Made by a program: the position numbers and the translations under genes. From Lytechinus pictus (Eukaryota): a DNA stretch of 64,000 nucleotides. Location of the stretch: contig NC_087263.1 in assembly GCF_037042905.1 (NCBI RefSeq), positions 13,394,001-13,458,000 of the forward strand, in the 5' to 3' direction. Under the pieces are notes generated by a model. The model did no database searches and was not told the DNA's origin. It saw only the letters and a list, made by a program, of their open reading frames with translations. Of the stretch, positions 1-12,970 are shown piece after piece (position 1 is the first letter of the stretch; each line of letters starts with the position of its first letter).

Positions 1-982
1 TACCTGCCATAAGTTTGCTTTTCCTGGCCTCCCTTTATCATGTTTATGCGGTGAAATTTCAAGAAAGTCTAAGTTGTTCCCATCCATATAAGAAAGGGTT
101 GTCAACTCTAAGAAACTACACACCAATTCAAATACTGTGCTTTATTCTTGCCAATCCCATCATCTTGTCAGACTAACGCTTAGGAAGCGAAGAACATATT
201 TCCAGTATTTTTCCTTGAATACAAATCATATTAGGACAGATTTGAATGCTTAGTGATAGCAGCATATTAATTTGAAAAACTGAAATGTTTTAACTGCAGT
301 CAATGTGATAAAATCAAAATTTCTTGACATTTTCCATATACTTATTTGCATAATATGCAAATGAGGCAGATTTGCTAGCTTTTTTAGATAAAGACATTGA
401 ACTTATTTATTCATCATGAACTTTTGTTCAAAATTACTTGCTGTGGACATTTTATTTGTAATCTTTGGATTAATTTCCTCATTTTCTATTTTTTTAAATG
501 GCTAATTTGCATGATATGCAAATTAATTTTCAGGCATTGGGATGAATTCTCATGCTTAGTGATATAGTAGCATATTAATGTCAACATTATTGAAATGTTT
601 TCAAGCAGTCTATATGAGAAAAATCACAATATCTTGACATTTTTTCCATATAAGGATGCTTATTTGCATAATATGCAAATGAGGTAAAAGTTTTTGCACT
701 TTTGATTAAAAACATTGAATTCAGTTATTTATCATGAATTTCCATTCAAATTAAATTGTTTTGGACATTTAATTTGTAATCTTTGGATTATTTCCCTTCT
801 TTTTCTAATTTTTCATAACTAATTTGCATAATATGCAAATTTCATAAATTTCCACTGCTTGGATTTCTTGGGACTTTTAGTATGATGTTAAGGGGACCTT
901 CCTGGAAAGCATTTCAGTGGAATATCTCTTGTTGCAATTAGTGGTGGGTTACCCCCCTATTCTGGCTAGATTGACTGGACTA
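1..982. mobile_element. Right terminal region of a probable Academ-like DNA transposon (truncated by window start)
   Basis: Ends ...GGCTAGATTGACTGGACTA (reverse complement TAGTCCAGTC), the same TAGT-type terminus as the 46330-56105 element. Has ~318-bp internal subrepeats (about 250-530 and 555-850), each with two ATTTGCAT-N3-ATGCAAAT palindromes. The other end is not visible. Confidence 0.5.
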
Positions 983-2162
983 ATAGGTTTTTAGAAGAAG
1001 TAAACAGGCGAACGTGAGATTCATATTAATTTCAACAATAAACATTAACAATCTTATAGATTAAGATAAAACATTTTCAATTGAAATACATGTTTAAATT
1101 AAAAAAAAATCACAATTTCAACCCCTCGCAGTGAAGAGGGCAAGATTCGTACTTCTTTCCAAACATTCGTCACAATTGTGTCGAAGACATTGTACGACAG
1201 AATTCATTAAATCATTATTCAAGACGATCTCTGTAACATAGTATTTGTTTAAAAACTTTTCACTTCTTTTCATTTCCAAAACCCTTGGAAATATACACTA
1301 ACATTTCATCTCTCATAAGGAGAATAATAAGATTGATGTTTGCATCTACATGTAAAGTGGTAATTCAGAATAGACAGTCAAATACCTGTAATTCATGCCT
1401 ATTCAAATAATATTTTATCATATCTAAAACAGAACAAGTGTTTAAGAAGAGTTGAAATCTAATGAGATCAATGATGATATGAAATAAAAGGTTGAGAGGT
1501 TTGAGTGCAAAAGAACAAAAAAAAATGTATTCAAACGAATCCTTTGTGTCAGGCATGTTGAGAGAGCTGTTTTGTGCCCCACTTTTTTCCTCATTCTGGA
1601 TACGCATTTCAAATCCATTCAATCAAGGGCCAGCTTCGGTTGAGATGGATAATGCCTTGTTTCTACTTTTGATACCAAGGATGAGGGATGGATGTTGCTA
1701 AGAGGATGAAGAAGGAGCACGTGCCGATAATGAGGAACTCCTCTCCGAGTGATCTTAATAGCCCCGGGAGAGGTTGGCAGCGCATCCGTCCGAGATCGGC
1801 GAGGCTTACGAAATCATAATGGGAGATTATCGACTCTGAGGGGAATAATGGAGGATGAAGATGGAATAATGATGACAGAACTAAGAGTCTGAAGTTACAT
1901 TCACACACACACACACACACGGTACGAAGTGATGTTTTAAAACCGAATTTTGAATAGCGATTCGATTTATTGCGTGTGTGGACAGACATTTTTTTTCAAG
2001 ATTAATTGTCACGATCCTGATCACAATCCAAATTACAGTTCTTTGGGTAAAAAAAATAAAAAAAATAATCGCTTTTCATGGGGGGGGGGGGGGGGGGGGG
2101 GGGGGCGGGGATTCCCCAGTTAGAACCGTAGCTTCCTCTCCAGGGGGGGGGGGGTACGGTTA

Positions 2163-2330
2163 CACTGTAAAACATGAAGTGCTAATTAAGCACCTACAGT
2201 GCTTGTATAGTGACTGCACTACGAGTGCTGATTTTTTAGTTCAAATCTAGACTAGAAAATCAGCACTCGTAGTGCAGTCACTATACAAGCACTTTAAGTG
2301 CAAAAATAGCACTTCATTGTATAGCTGCAG
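2163..2330. mobile_element. Palindromic MITE with CACTG terminus (CACTA/CMC-like)
   Basis: Starts TA|CACTGTAAAA. Near-perfect inverted arms GTGCTTGTATAGTGACTGCACTACGAGTGCTGATTTT / AAAATCAGCACTCGTAGTGCAGTCACTATACAAGCAC. Right end is degenerate. Confidence 0.65.
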
Positions 2331-2748
2331 GTGCCCCAAGAAATTTGAAAAAAAAATGAAGACAAATACTTTAAAGGATTTTCCTGACATTTTCTTTTGT
2401 CGTCCAATTGTCGAGCCCCCATTTTTAAAATCCTGTTGTCAATCCAATTTCTGTCCTCCCGATTCATTCACACTACTTTAACGGTGAAAAGACAAATGCA
2501 CCAGTGTAATTTGATCTAATGTAATTTTATATTAATTTTAATCTGCCCGTCCATTTCTAAGCCAACGCTGCTAATCTGTATTGTCAACGTGTTGAGATAA
2601 AGATAATTTTCGTTAGATATTTGACAAGGTTTTAGTTCTTGCCCAAAATGATGACATCAGTTTATCTTGTTCTATAAGGATTTTCCTCAGAAGTATTGCT
2701 CACCTGCTAAACCTCTACACATCTTTGTGGGTACACGTCACTGGTTTC

Positions 2749-3006
2749 CATAGGCGGCGGAAGCGGGGGGGGGGGGGGGACGGGGGGACGGGGGGACGTG
2801 TCCCCCCTAAATTTTAGGTGGGGGGGACGAACCCCCCCTTAATTTTTTGTTGATCACCTTTTTTTTTTATTATTTTTTTTTTTGCTTGTCAATGTTTTTT
2901 TATGCGTCCCCCCTAAAATTTTTGGTTGATAACCTTTTTTTTTTTTTTTGGCTTGTCAAAATTTTTTTGTGGTCCCCCCTAAAATTTTTGGCTTCCGCCA
3001 CCAATG
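2749..3006. mobile_element. hAT-type MITE with G-rich interior
   Basis: 16-bp TIRs CATAGGCGGCGGAAGC / GCTTCCGCCACCAATG (2 mismatches) flanked by a perfect 8-bp direct repeat CTGGTTTC (2741-2748, 3007-3014). Confidence 0.85.
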
Positions 3007-6000
3007 CTGGTTTCCCTCATCTCTCTCCTTCTTCACTTCTCATTGATATAAAATTAATCGTTATTCTTAACAACCAAAGCTAACTATCACGTTTTACATG
3101 ACTGAGCGTACGGATGTGACGCGCGGCTGTCATCGAATATAATGAAAGTTACGATTTGCCCCCGAGGTTCAATATTATGGCCCTGTTACGTGTTCATGTC
3201 TCTAAAATTGTGACGTTAAAAGTCTTTTTCAGACTTAAATATTCATACCTGATAGATACACGTCTGTGAAATAAATTAAACACTCAATATTCCTTGTTGG
3301 GAATCATTATGACGTATTTGCTTTTGTAATTAAGGACAATGTTATAATGACGTAATCTCTGGGTATGATGACGATCTTCGATCTTAAAGTAATGACGTTT
3401 TTATTAAATCTACTCTTCCTACTGAAAATTAATTATAAGAAAACTAAAGAAAACACGAGAAGATCATTATGATCGAGTGTGTATTTCGATTTTAAATTGT
3501 TCATTATTGCAGTTGTTACATGATACAAAATAATAAAGGCACGATGATGATAGAAATAATCATTTTGTCATAAAGAGAGAAGGGGAGAGAAAGAGAGAGT
3601 GTTTTTTTAATAAGAGGCGTGTTGGTGGGTGTGTGCGGTTTTTTATTTGAGAGAGAGAGAGAAAAAAAGAGGGGGAGGGGAGGAGTAAGATGCTGGAAAA
3701 GAGAGGGGGCTGTAATCTGAAAATATCATCTTTTCTATTTGTGTTTTTATTAATAAATCATCAACATACAAATTCTTTACATCAGTTCACTATGAAGATT
3801 ACATAAACAAATTGATGATAAATCATAGCATGTACAAAAGATTGGAGTGATCAGGAACATAAAGGAAAAAAAAAGAAAACGTTTTTTTAATTTAAACAAC
3901 CACCGTGATGTAATTCGATCACGATGGCGACATCGCGTGGGAATATCATTACACCCTCGTCATCTCCCTATTGTCATTTTACCATTCTATATAAAATATA
4001 TTCGGACCCCGCATATGCATATTGTTTTTAACATCAAAACACCTTATTAATCAAAATATTATCTAGAAAATATATTAACTCTGAGCTACCATAGGCGTAA
4101 GTTTCCCGTGAAATGACGCAGACCAATAAAGCAATACGTAATTTGTTTCGGCCAAAAAGCAACACCATGCATATTTTAGGAGACGATTGCGTTGGGCAAA
4201 ATGTAGGCGAATAGTAATCCTAAATGAAAAAATACATGAATATATAAAAAGTGGGTGTCAGATGTGTTGATTAAAATAATTAATGAAGCCATTACGTTCG
4301 CATTTTCGCATTAAGCACTCGTTTCAATTTCTTAGAATACTTCAGTTTTTAGTATAAAAAAACAACTTCAAAAGCAAGAATATGAATAATGGGGCTATCT
4401 ACAATAGATGTAAAATGATTCAATCAAAATCATATGTTGGTCAGTAGTGATCATTTGGCCTACATAATCCAACCGTAATTGGACGTTGAAAAGAAAAGGT
4501 TGATTTTCAATTGAACGCAAATCAAAATAAACGACAAATTTGTGTTTGATCAAAAAGGACTTATCATAAAAAACAATATCAAAAGCAAAAATATGAAGAC
4601 GAGAATGAGGGGCTAAATAAAGAAAAAAGTGAAGCAAAAATATATGTTGGTCAGGATTCTAAGTAAACAAAACATAATTCTTCCGTAATTAGGCGTCAGT
4701 TTCAACTGAATTCAAATCAAACTCAAATACAAATTTATGATTGATCAATTGACTTATGCTTAATTGGATTTGATTTGAAAATGAACTTAGTTTACATGCA
4801 ACGTCTCTTTTAATTGTGGTTTGCTTCTATTTTTGGATATCGAATTAGTGCAGTTTTTTTTTTTAAATCTTTGAGCCCCCTGAGAAAATCGCCCAGAGCA
4901 AATGATCCCTTGTCATTTAGTTACGCCAATATCACCTTCATCTTTCCTCAGCGCACATCCAGACATTGCCAGATGACATTGTATGCGATGGTTTGGCGAT
5001 GACCAACTGTATTTTCCTTTTTTTAAACTGTTGCTTTCGTTGGCTAGCTTCAGTTTCCTTTTGTGAGAAAGAATGCGTTTAAAAGATACACTTAACAGAT
5101 GTACTCATTGCAATCTGCTCAGCATGTTCACCTTACTCAATGAATTCATATCATAGCCCAAGCCACACTTATATCATGCATTGTAGATGATGGATTGAAG
5201 TTCAATAAAGTTGTCTTTTTATGCCCTTCCCACGTCCATCACACAATCTCTCTCTCTCTCTAGTTTCCTTAATAACCTTTTTTCATTAACTTGTGATTTT
5301 CGTCAGTCCTCATGGATATTTCGCTCCGTTTTGATAGTCAAAACACTGCCATGTCCATCAGCGATGGAGGCGCGAAAGTCCTCATTGGTATTATCTTCCT
5401 CCTTCCCCTAAGCATCAGATGCGTGATGTAAGTCTTGTGTTCATCCCCTTAACGCACTCGCATCCTTAGAAAAATCAAAAACCGCCAAACCCGCCAAAAG
5501 GCTTCTTGTTGCGCGGGATGTGAGAGTATTATCTTGTAGGATCTATAGTTTCGTATCGAATTTCACGCGCTGTTTTTTTCTTGTCCGCTTTGTCAATCAC
5601 ACTACTAACACAACACGGAAAGGCGATTTTTATCTCATTTCCCGATTGATCTACTCGTGTAACAAGTCGATTGATAGAGGATGCATAGAGAGAGAGAGAG
5701 AGAAAGAAAAGACACGCAAAGGGACGGGAGAAATAAGAGAATTATGAGATATAGGAGAGAGGGAGGGAGAGAGAGAGGGGGGGGGGGGAAGAAAAAAATA
5801 TAAAAGGGAACGGGACAATTAAGAGGAGAGGGAGAGAGAGGAACAAGAGGGAAATGAACATTCCGGGTAAGACCTAAATAGTTTGACCATTTCGACATTA
5901 TTTTTTTTTTGCGCGCGCGAGACTCGTTTGTCCCTTTTTCAACTCAATTATGGAATTCAAGCCAAACCGCCCCAAGACCAACCCATAACCCAGTGGCGGA

Positions 6001-6513
6001 CCGTGACCAGGAGGAGACAAAGCATTGGAGGGGCACTGTATTGTTGACAAACAATACAGTGCCCCTCCAATCAATTGTCTCCTCCGGGTCACGGTCCGCC
6101 ACTGCCATAACCCCTCAAGCCCAACCCATCCTTTTCAGTGTAATTACATTCAACGAACGCTCCACATTCAATTCTATCCCCGTTTCACACTAAGACAGAT
6201 GTCGTGTAATTTTGTAGATGACACGGGGAAAAAACACATTTGATATCTGAAAATGTGACATATTTTTTCAAGCCCATTATGAATTCTAATGTTGTCACGC
6301 TTACAGTAAGCGTGACAACATTAATGCCATCGGCTCAACCACTCAGCGCGCGAGAATAGCCCAGAGATAAAACCAACATTATCTTAAGAACATTTTTATA
6401 AAACCAATAATGGCGTGTCTGTCAAGGTTGTTCATTTTCATGTTTTTACTTAATTTTGCAGTTGTTTTTTTAATAAGAAATATGATACTGACAGCCATAA
6501 ACATGTAGCCATA

Positions 6514-6720
6514 CACTCTCAAACGAAATCAGTCAAAATGACACATTAATCGGGTAGGCTGATTGCAACTCGTATTCTAGTCATATTTGATTATTTCCTA
6601 GTCGTGTTTACTAGAACAGAGTTATTTCTGACTAGAATATGCGTAGAAAATGTGACTAAGCATATTAGTTGCACCCAGGTGACTATTGATCTAGTCAATT
6701 TGACTGATGTGTTTTAAGTG
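6514..6720. mobile_element. Short CACT...AGTG MITE
   Basis: TA|CACTCTCAAACGAAATCAGTCAAA ... TTTGACTGATGTGTTTTAAGTG|TA, with internal TAGTC/GACTA subrepeats. Confidence 0.55.
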
Positions 6721-8863
6721 TATTTGTATGAAATGATTAAATCTTAAAACCACATTTATTTGTATGAAAACGATTAATTATTAAAATGCAAATGAATAAT
6801 GGAAAATGGTATTCAAAATTAAAAGGTTTAACAAACTATAATTAGGTTCCATGACATTGAAAAGCCTTTTTTAATGATAAAAAAATCAAATCAATCTATA
6901 TTTAGTGATATAAAATGTCGGAATGGAAAGATATGTATAGCTGCAAAAGTGGCTTATAATTGAGGAAAAGCAGAGCCGACATCCCGCGGATAAGGGAATG
7001 GGGAGGGTTCAGGTGGCATCTTTGAGATTTCATACATTAAAGAAAATTAGAAAATAGAAAAAGAAGAAATGAAGGAAGATTTGGTAAGGCACTTCTTTTA
7101 TACCCCTATCATTCGATAGGGCGTCTGTCTTGCTCCGTAAAAAAAAAATCGGTCACACCAGATGGTCAGATGTGGTTCCCGAAATAATTTACTTGAAACA
7201 AAAAAACATACAAAACTTGGCAGAATAAAAGTGCTAAAACCTGCCAACCAAAAACCAACAATAAGTCGTCCAAAATTGGGGGCACGTCTGAGATATTCTT
7301 GAGCTCCTAAACAAGTGGCCTAATAAGCCACAAAAATGGCGGGGAGGCGCTAGATATGGTGTATCGCGTAAAATTTATGAAAAATATTGAAATCACAGTT
7401 TTGTGATAGATTTTGACATAATATTCAGAAAATTAAATCATATTTCACCCTTCTTTCTTTCCTTTCCTCTTTTTTTGTGGACGATATATTTTTTTTTGGG
7501 GGGGTGCAAGAGCCCGTGAACCCCACCATCTAAACGCCACTATCCTAAGCTTTAAAAATGACATATATCTCGTCAAAATTTATACAATAACTCACAGAAA
7601 TACTGGTTAGAATACAGACGGAATTCTGTGAGACCCTCAAAAACAATTAGCAAACAATGTTTGAAGTTCGGGGTTCCTTCAAGCACGAGATACAGGTGCG
7701 GACTGTAATAGACCAGTTCATATTTACTTCATGGACAATTTTGGTCAAATGACCTTTCATTATGTAGGCAGATTTCAAAGCAAGATATTACGTAAGCTTG
7801 CCTTACATAGCAGGATGAAGAAATTGAATATATCAGGTGACTAGAATAGCACACCAATGAACGCTTTATGAAGGTATTTGTTGCATTCCTACTTTGAATG
7901 CATATCATAGCATGTTGCACAATGTACTTGGCAAACTGTGAAATACCAGTCGTTCATTGACGCATAGTTGTTTTGGATGTAAATGAAAACCACAATTCGA
8001 AAGAATATATGAATAATCAGAACATCAAAGTTGGTGCTTATCTCATTAGATTTTAAACCACCATGTCACTTTAGTACAAATTACCTTCCTTTGATCATGC
8101 GTAGAATCTTTTGATCATGCCCAGAAAGGAACTACGAACTGGCTTATTCCGGTGTAATTTCCCAGCAGTCTGCGAAAAATGGTGTTAAAACACCGCTCTT
8201 GTATCTTATCTTTTTATTCAAGAATTGCTCTTCCAGATTACAATAAGCCAATTTTATAATGAAATTATTTACATTTTTAAGACCAAATTTTTAAAACCTG
8301 GCGATCTATTGCTGGTTTGGGGGTGCCTTGTCACATTGTATTCAGGACACTTCTTCATAATATGCGGAACCGTCGCGACGCGTCGGCACAACTATCCTCT
8401 TTACTTTACATGTACACTATCATGCTAACGACATGAGTCTTTACTATTCTGTTTTATATCATTCTCTAAAAAAGTGTTTCTTGTTTTATAGTTAAATTTG
8501 AAATAACTGCCGTCAAATTGTTCATTTTTTATACACAACTGACTGCAGAGTGAGGTGAAAAGTTCAAACCATAGAGCTCAAACAATCCCCAATGTGTCGA
8601 GCTCATTTTCCATCGTAGGCTAAGCATATAGTAATCAATAAGAAAATCGACGGGTAAAACAGAGAAATCCCTCAAAAGCGCGTCATAATATTGGCGGGGA
8701 AAAGCGATGAGTCATGCTATGACACGCATTCCCGTCTGTCATTTTCCACGCTCAGGCGCCCCGCTGGGGACCGCTACGAAACACAATAGCACGCACGGCG
8801 AGCGTACGCTTTTTAATCCGCGATGTTAGCATTGTACCTAATGACAGAATTTGGCGAAGTTAA

Positions 8864-9470
8864 AGGTCAAGTCCACCCCAGAAAAATGTTGATTTGAATA
8901 AATAGAGAAAAATTTAACAAGCACAACACTGAAAACTTCATCAAATTCGGATGTAAAATAAGAATTTTTATGACATTTTAAAGTTTCGCATATTTTTCTC
9001 AAAACAGTTATATGCACAACTGAGTGATATGCCAATGCGAGAGTCTATGATGTCCATCACTCACTATTTCTTTTGTTTTTTATTGTTTGAATTATACAAT
9101 ATTTCAATTTATACAGAATTGACAATAATGTAAAACTTGACTGAACTACATAATGTTAAACAATGTTAATTCCACAAGTTCAGGGAGGAAGAAAGCTCGA
9201 TATCAAATGACATGGGTGAGAAAATCAGAAAATATTTCATATTTTAGATAATGAAATACAAAAGAAATAGTGAGTGTGTGATGTCATCAGTCCCCTCATT
9301 TGCATACTGGCCAGGATGTGCATATAACTGTTGTGTGAGATTAAGCGAAACTTTTAAATGTCATAACTTTCTTATTTTACATCCGATTTTGATGAAATTT
9401 TCAGAATTATGATTTGTTGGATTTTTCTCTTTTTATTCAAATCAACTTTTTGTCGGGGTGGACTTGTCCT
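8864..9470. mobile_element. TTAA-flanked MITE, Kolobok-like family A
   Basis: TTAA|AGGTCAAGTCCACCCC ... GGGGTGGACTTGTCCT|TTAA with long imperfect inverted arms. A TTAA target site with purine-start termini fits Kolobok rather than piggyBac. Second copy at 29817-30418. Confidence 0.85.
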
Positions 9471-12400
9471 TTAAGGGCGCATGTTTATTTTTTTCTTCTT
9501 ATTTGGTTTCAAACAGGTTCACATTCTGAGTTTGATGGTTATTTCAATATATTGCCAAACTTATGCGTTTGATGGACTTTATCGCATGTAATAACTGTTA
9601 TATCCAACATTGCCAATAAAGTTTTTTTTATTCTTCGGATATAGAATATTTACAAAAACTTCCAGAGGGGATGGGCGGTGTCAAAGGGGGCATGCGCACA
9701 CTTGGGGCCAACATGTTTTTCATCATTTACTCATCTTTCACATGTTTGATAATAAAAACTCAATTTTGTGCCATATCTATGTATTTCATCTTTACCTGTG
9801 TATGTCCATAACATTTTTTTTTCACACCAAATCGACCCACTTTCTTCCATTGTGGAATCCTGGATCCACCAATCCAGTGGGTGCTTATGAAAAGTATGTA
9901 TGTATATTGGGTGTGCGTGTGGGTGAGTGTTAATGTGAGTCAGAAGAGAACGATAAAGAGAGAGGGAAACTGAGAGAAACATACACACACACAAACACAC
10001 ACTCATACACAGATGATCAGTGAGTTTAGGCGCGCATGCACGCGTGTTTAGGTTTGAAGGTTAGGGTGTGTGTGGGTTGGGTCTGTGTATGGGAGGGGTT
10101 GAAGGAAAGAGAACAAGGAGACAGCTTAAAGTATAAGGTTGTGGGAGGGGGTGGGGGCGATGATATATATTCACACCATTGTATCTTTATGCACCGAGTC
10201 GGCCAGTCACAAGCATAAAAACCGCGAAATTATTTGTATATCAACTAAAAGATGAAGAAACCCCACTAATTTGAGGATGGATATCGACAAAAAGGAAGAC
10301 GATGTTAATCAGTAGCAGAGATCCTGTTAATTATGTTTGCTGTGTAGTGACACAACCCTCGTGTATGTCGTGTAGGTAAATAAAACAAGGCAGAAAAGCC
10401 TTGTTTGCACGCGAATGAGCACCGGGGAAAGACAGGCGATAAGTGATCGAATTAGCGTAATGAATTTATATAATTTCGCGCGGGTTAATTGCGAAACGTC
10501 GAAATTGTAAGAAAGAGAGGAGGTTCAAGCACACTCCCGTCTTTTTATTAGATTTATCATATGCCAGTCAAAAAGCAGTGCTGAAGGCGAAGTGGCTTGG
10601 AGAAAATTTCGTGTCAGTTATGAATTCACGTTTTTATTAGATCACAAGATAAAAAGATAGGCCTACGGAATTGGGGCGTGGCTAATACACGAATAAAATG
10701 AGTTACACATTTTCAGGCGAATTATGAAAGCGGAAATAGCTTTGAGCTCAGATCTCCAAGATGAAAGCAAAACGGAAAGAAAAAATAGTAAAAGACATAT
10801 TATGTGTGTCAGGATTGAATCATAATTATAAAGCACAGAGTGGATTGGAATTTAAAGTTCAAGGTAATAAAACAAAACTTAGTTTGATTTGAATTGAAAC
10901 ATTTAGCACCCCTGGCGCGATCTTATTTCGTATTGAAACGTCTGCATATTTTAAAGGAAATACGAAAAGTGGAATAAAATTAAATAAAAAGAAAGTAAAA
11001 AACATATAGAAACTAAAAATTATATATATTCTGCATGACTGCAGCGATACAATAACAATTATGAAACACAAACATACCCTTACACATCCTCTCCACACAC
11101 TCACATGAATACTTGCGCACCCACCCACAGCCACAAACCCACTCACGCACATACACTCTGACATACACTCAAATACGCAGCCTCTCTCACGCACAAACAC
11201 CAAACATTAACACCTTCGAAAACACCAACATCCTCTCACAAAAACGCACATTGTATAAGCAAAATTACACAAACCAATCCCCTCATTCTGTGACATGCAC
11301 CCCACAGTACGATATTTCATTAAAAAAAAGAGTAGCAACTATTACGAGGACATTGAACCTATCGTATAATAAACAGCGATCATATTGAAACATGAAAGGA
11401 ATATATAAACAGCAAACGATACATCAAAACAGCAATAACATTGTCACATGAACGAAATACATAAACAATAAATGATACATCACTATCAATCATATTAACA
11501 CACGAACGGAATACATAAATGATAAATGATACATCAATAGCTTCCGCCGTCTTTTAGAACTGACTGATGACTGATGGGTTACCATTAAAATCATACATCG
11601 TTTTCCGTTATGTTAAATCGATGCGTCATCATGGAAATTGTTTCGTTCAATTGGAGACAGTTGCAGAAAGAATGGCAATCAATCGCAGCTCTAAAAAAAA
11701 CCCAAGGCAATTAGATTATCAACCAATCAGAACCGAGACTTGCACTTGATTTGGGGGTTGCGTTTGAACGTAACTCGCTCTTCATATAGGGGGCTCTTAT
11801 TGATCAAGGTTTTTGGCTTTCAATAATTCATATGTTTGGTTAACCTATATCTCTACTCGACTTCTCTTCCATTTTCACAGCTTTACTTTCCCTTTTTCTT
11901 TTTTTTCCCTCTCAACTATTCTTTTTCTTCTTCGTGTTTACATGATTGTGTTTCTTGTCCTTTTCACCACTTTTTATATAATTCTTACTTTTTTTCTGTG
12001 ACCGTGTTTATCTATTTTTTATTCATATATCAATTTTTTCGCAATTCCTCATCTTCTTACTTCCTCTTTTCTATACCCTTTCGTAAAATGCTCTCCCAGA
12101 CAATCTTAACATTTCTTTCTTTTTCTTTTGTATCTTCTGTATCTTTTCTTTTGTTCTTTATGTGATCACGGTCTCCTAGATAATAACAGAAAATACTCAC
12201 CGTATTCTATTTGCCTTTGGGCTCATTTCCCTCTCAATTTGTTTTTCCAAAGACACCTTAATAATAAATCAAAATACAAATGCCGAGCGCACCTTTGAGA
12301 TCACCTGTCGGAATGAACAGTGTTCGGGGAAAATATGAAAAATAAAACAAAATACAGGTAGTCACTAATTACATCAAGAAGCCTCGGTCCTTGGGTGCCG

Positions 12401-12774
12401 TCTATTTCCATTCCACTAGCCTGACAATCTGAGGCTTTTATTTGTAATATTTATGACGGCTGTACGTGTCTTATGTTTGAGAAGTCTTAGCTTTCCGATG
12501 GTATCTCCTAGAAAGATTAACATGACTCACTCTTCCGATTGACACTGCCAAGTGCAACTGGTCAGTTGGACGTATAAAGGGCGCTTTCAACTCCCTATGA
12601 CCCTTACCTGGGATAAAAGTACATTTTCCTAGGTCACCGCGATTGCATATTTTTACAGCATGTTTTTGAGAATCATTAACACTTTCACATCTTTTGTATC
12701 AAATGACGTATTAGTCTGATATCGGAGTTATTTCACCCTTTTTATACAATCATGCAAAAAAGAGTAAATTAATT

Positions 12775-12970
12775 CGATTAAATTCAATTCTTTATTCCAT
12801 TTCCATTAAAAAACATACAAAGTAATATAAAGTAATACAAATCAAGTACAATTTTACAGACGAGCATTCTTACTTCGTAAAACAAAAAACCAGTTTAATA
12901 TTGAGTATAAATGGAAATGAGGGGGGTCCACTAAAAAGCAAAGCTTGTAAAGTGTGGATCCCCCTTGGAA
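12775..12970 (-). mobile_element. 3' tail of a LINE (CR1/L2-like), truncated
   Basis: On the minus strand: short GC-rich stem-loop (GGGGATCCACAC...GTGGACCCCCC), AT-rich UTR, then AATAAA followed by GAATT-type tail repeats. Confidence 0.4.

Noticed and set aside
1492..1989. Overlapping short ORFs in a somewhat GC-richer patch
   Set aside because: No recognisable protein similarity or convincing splice-site pair. May be regulatory, but unsupported.
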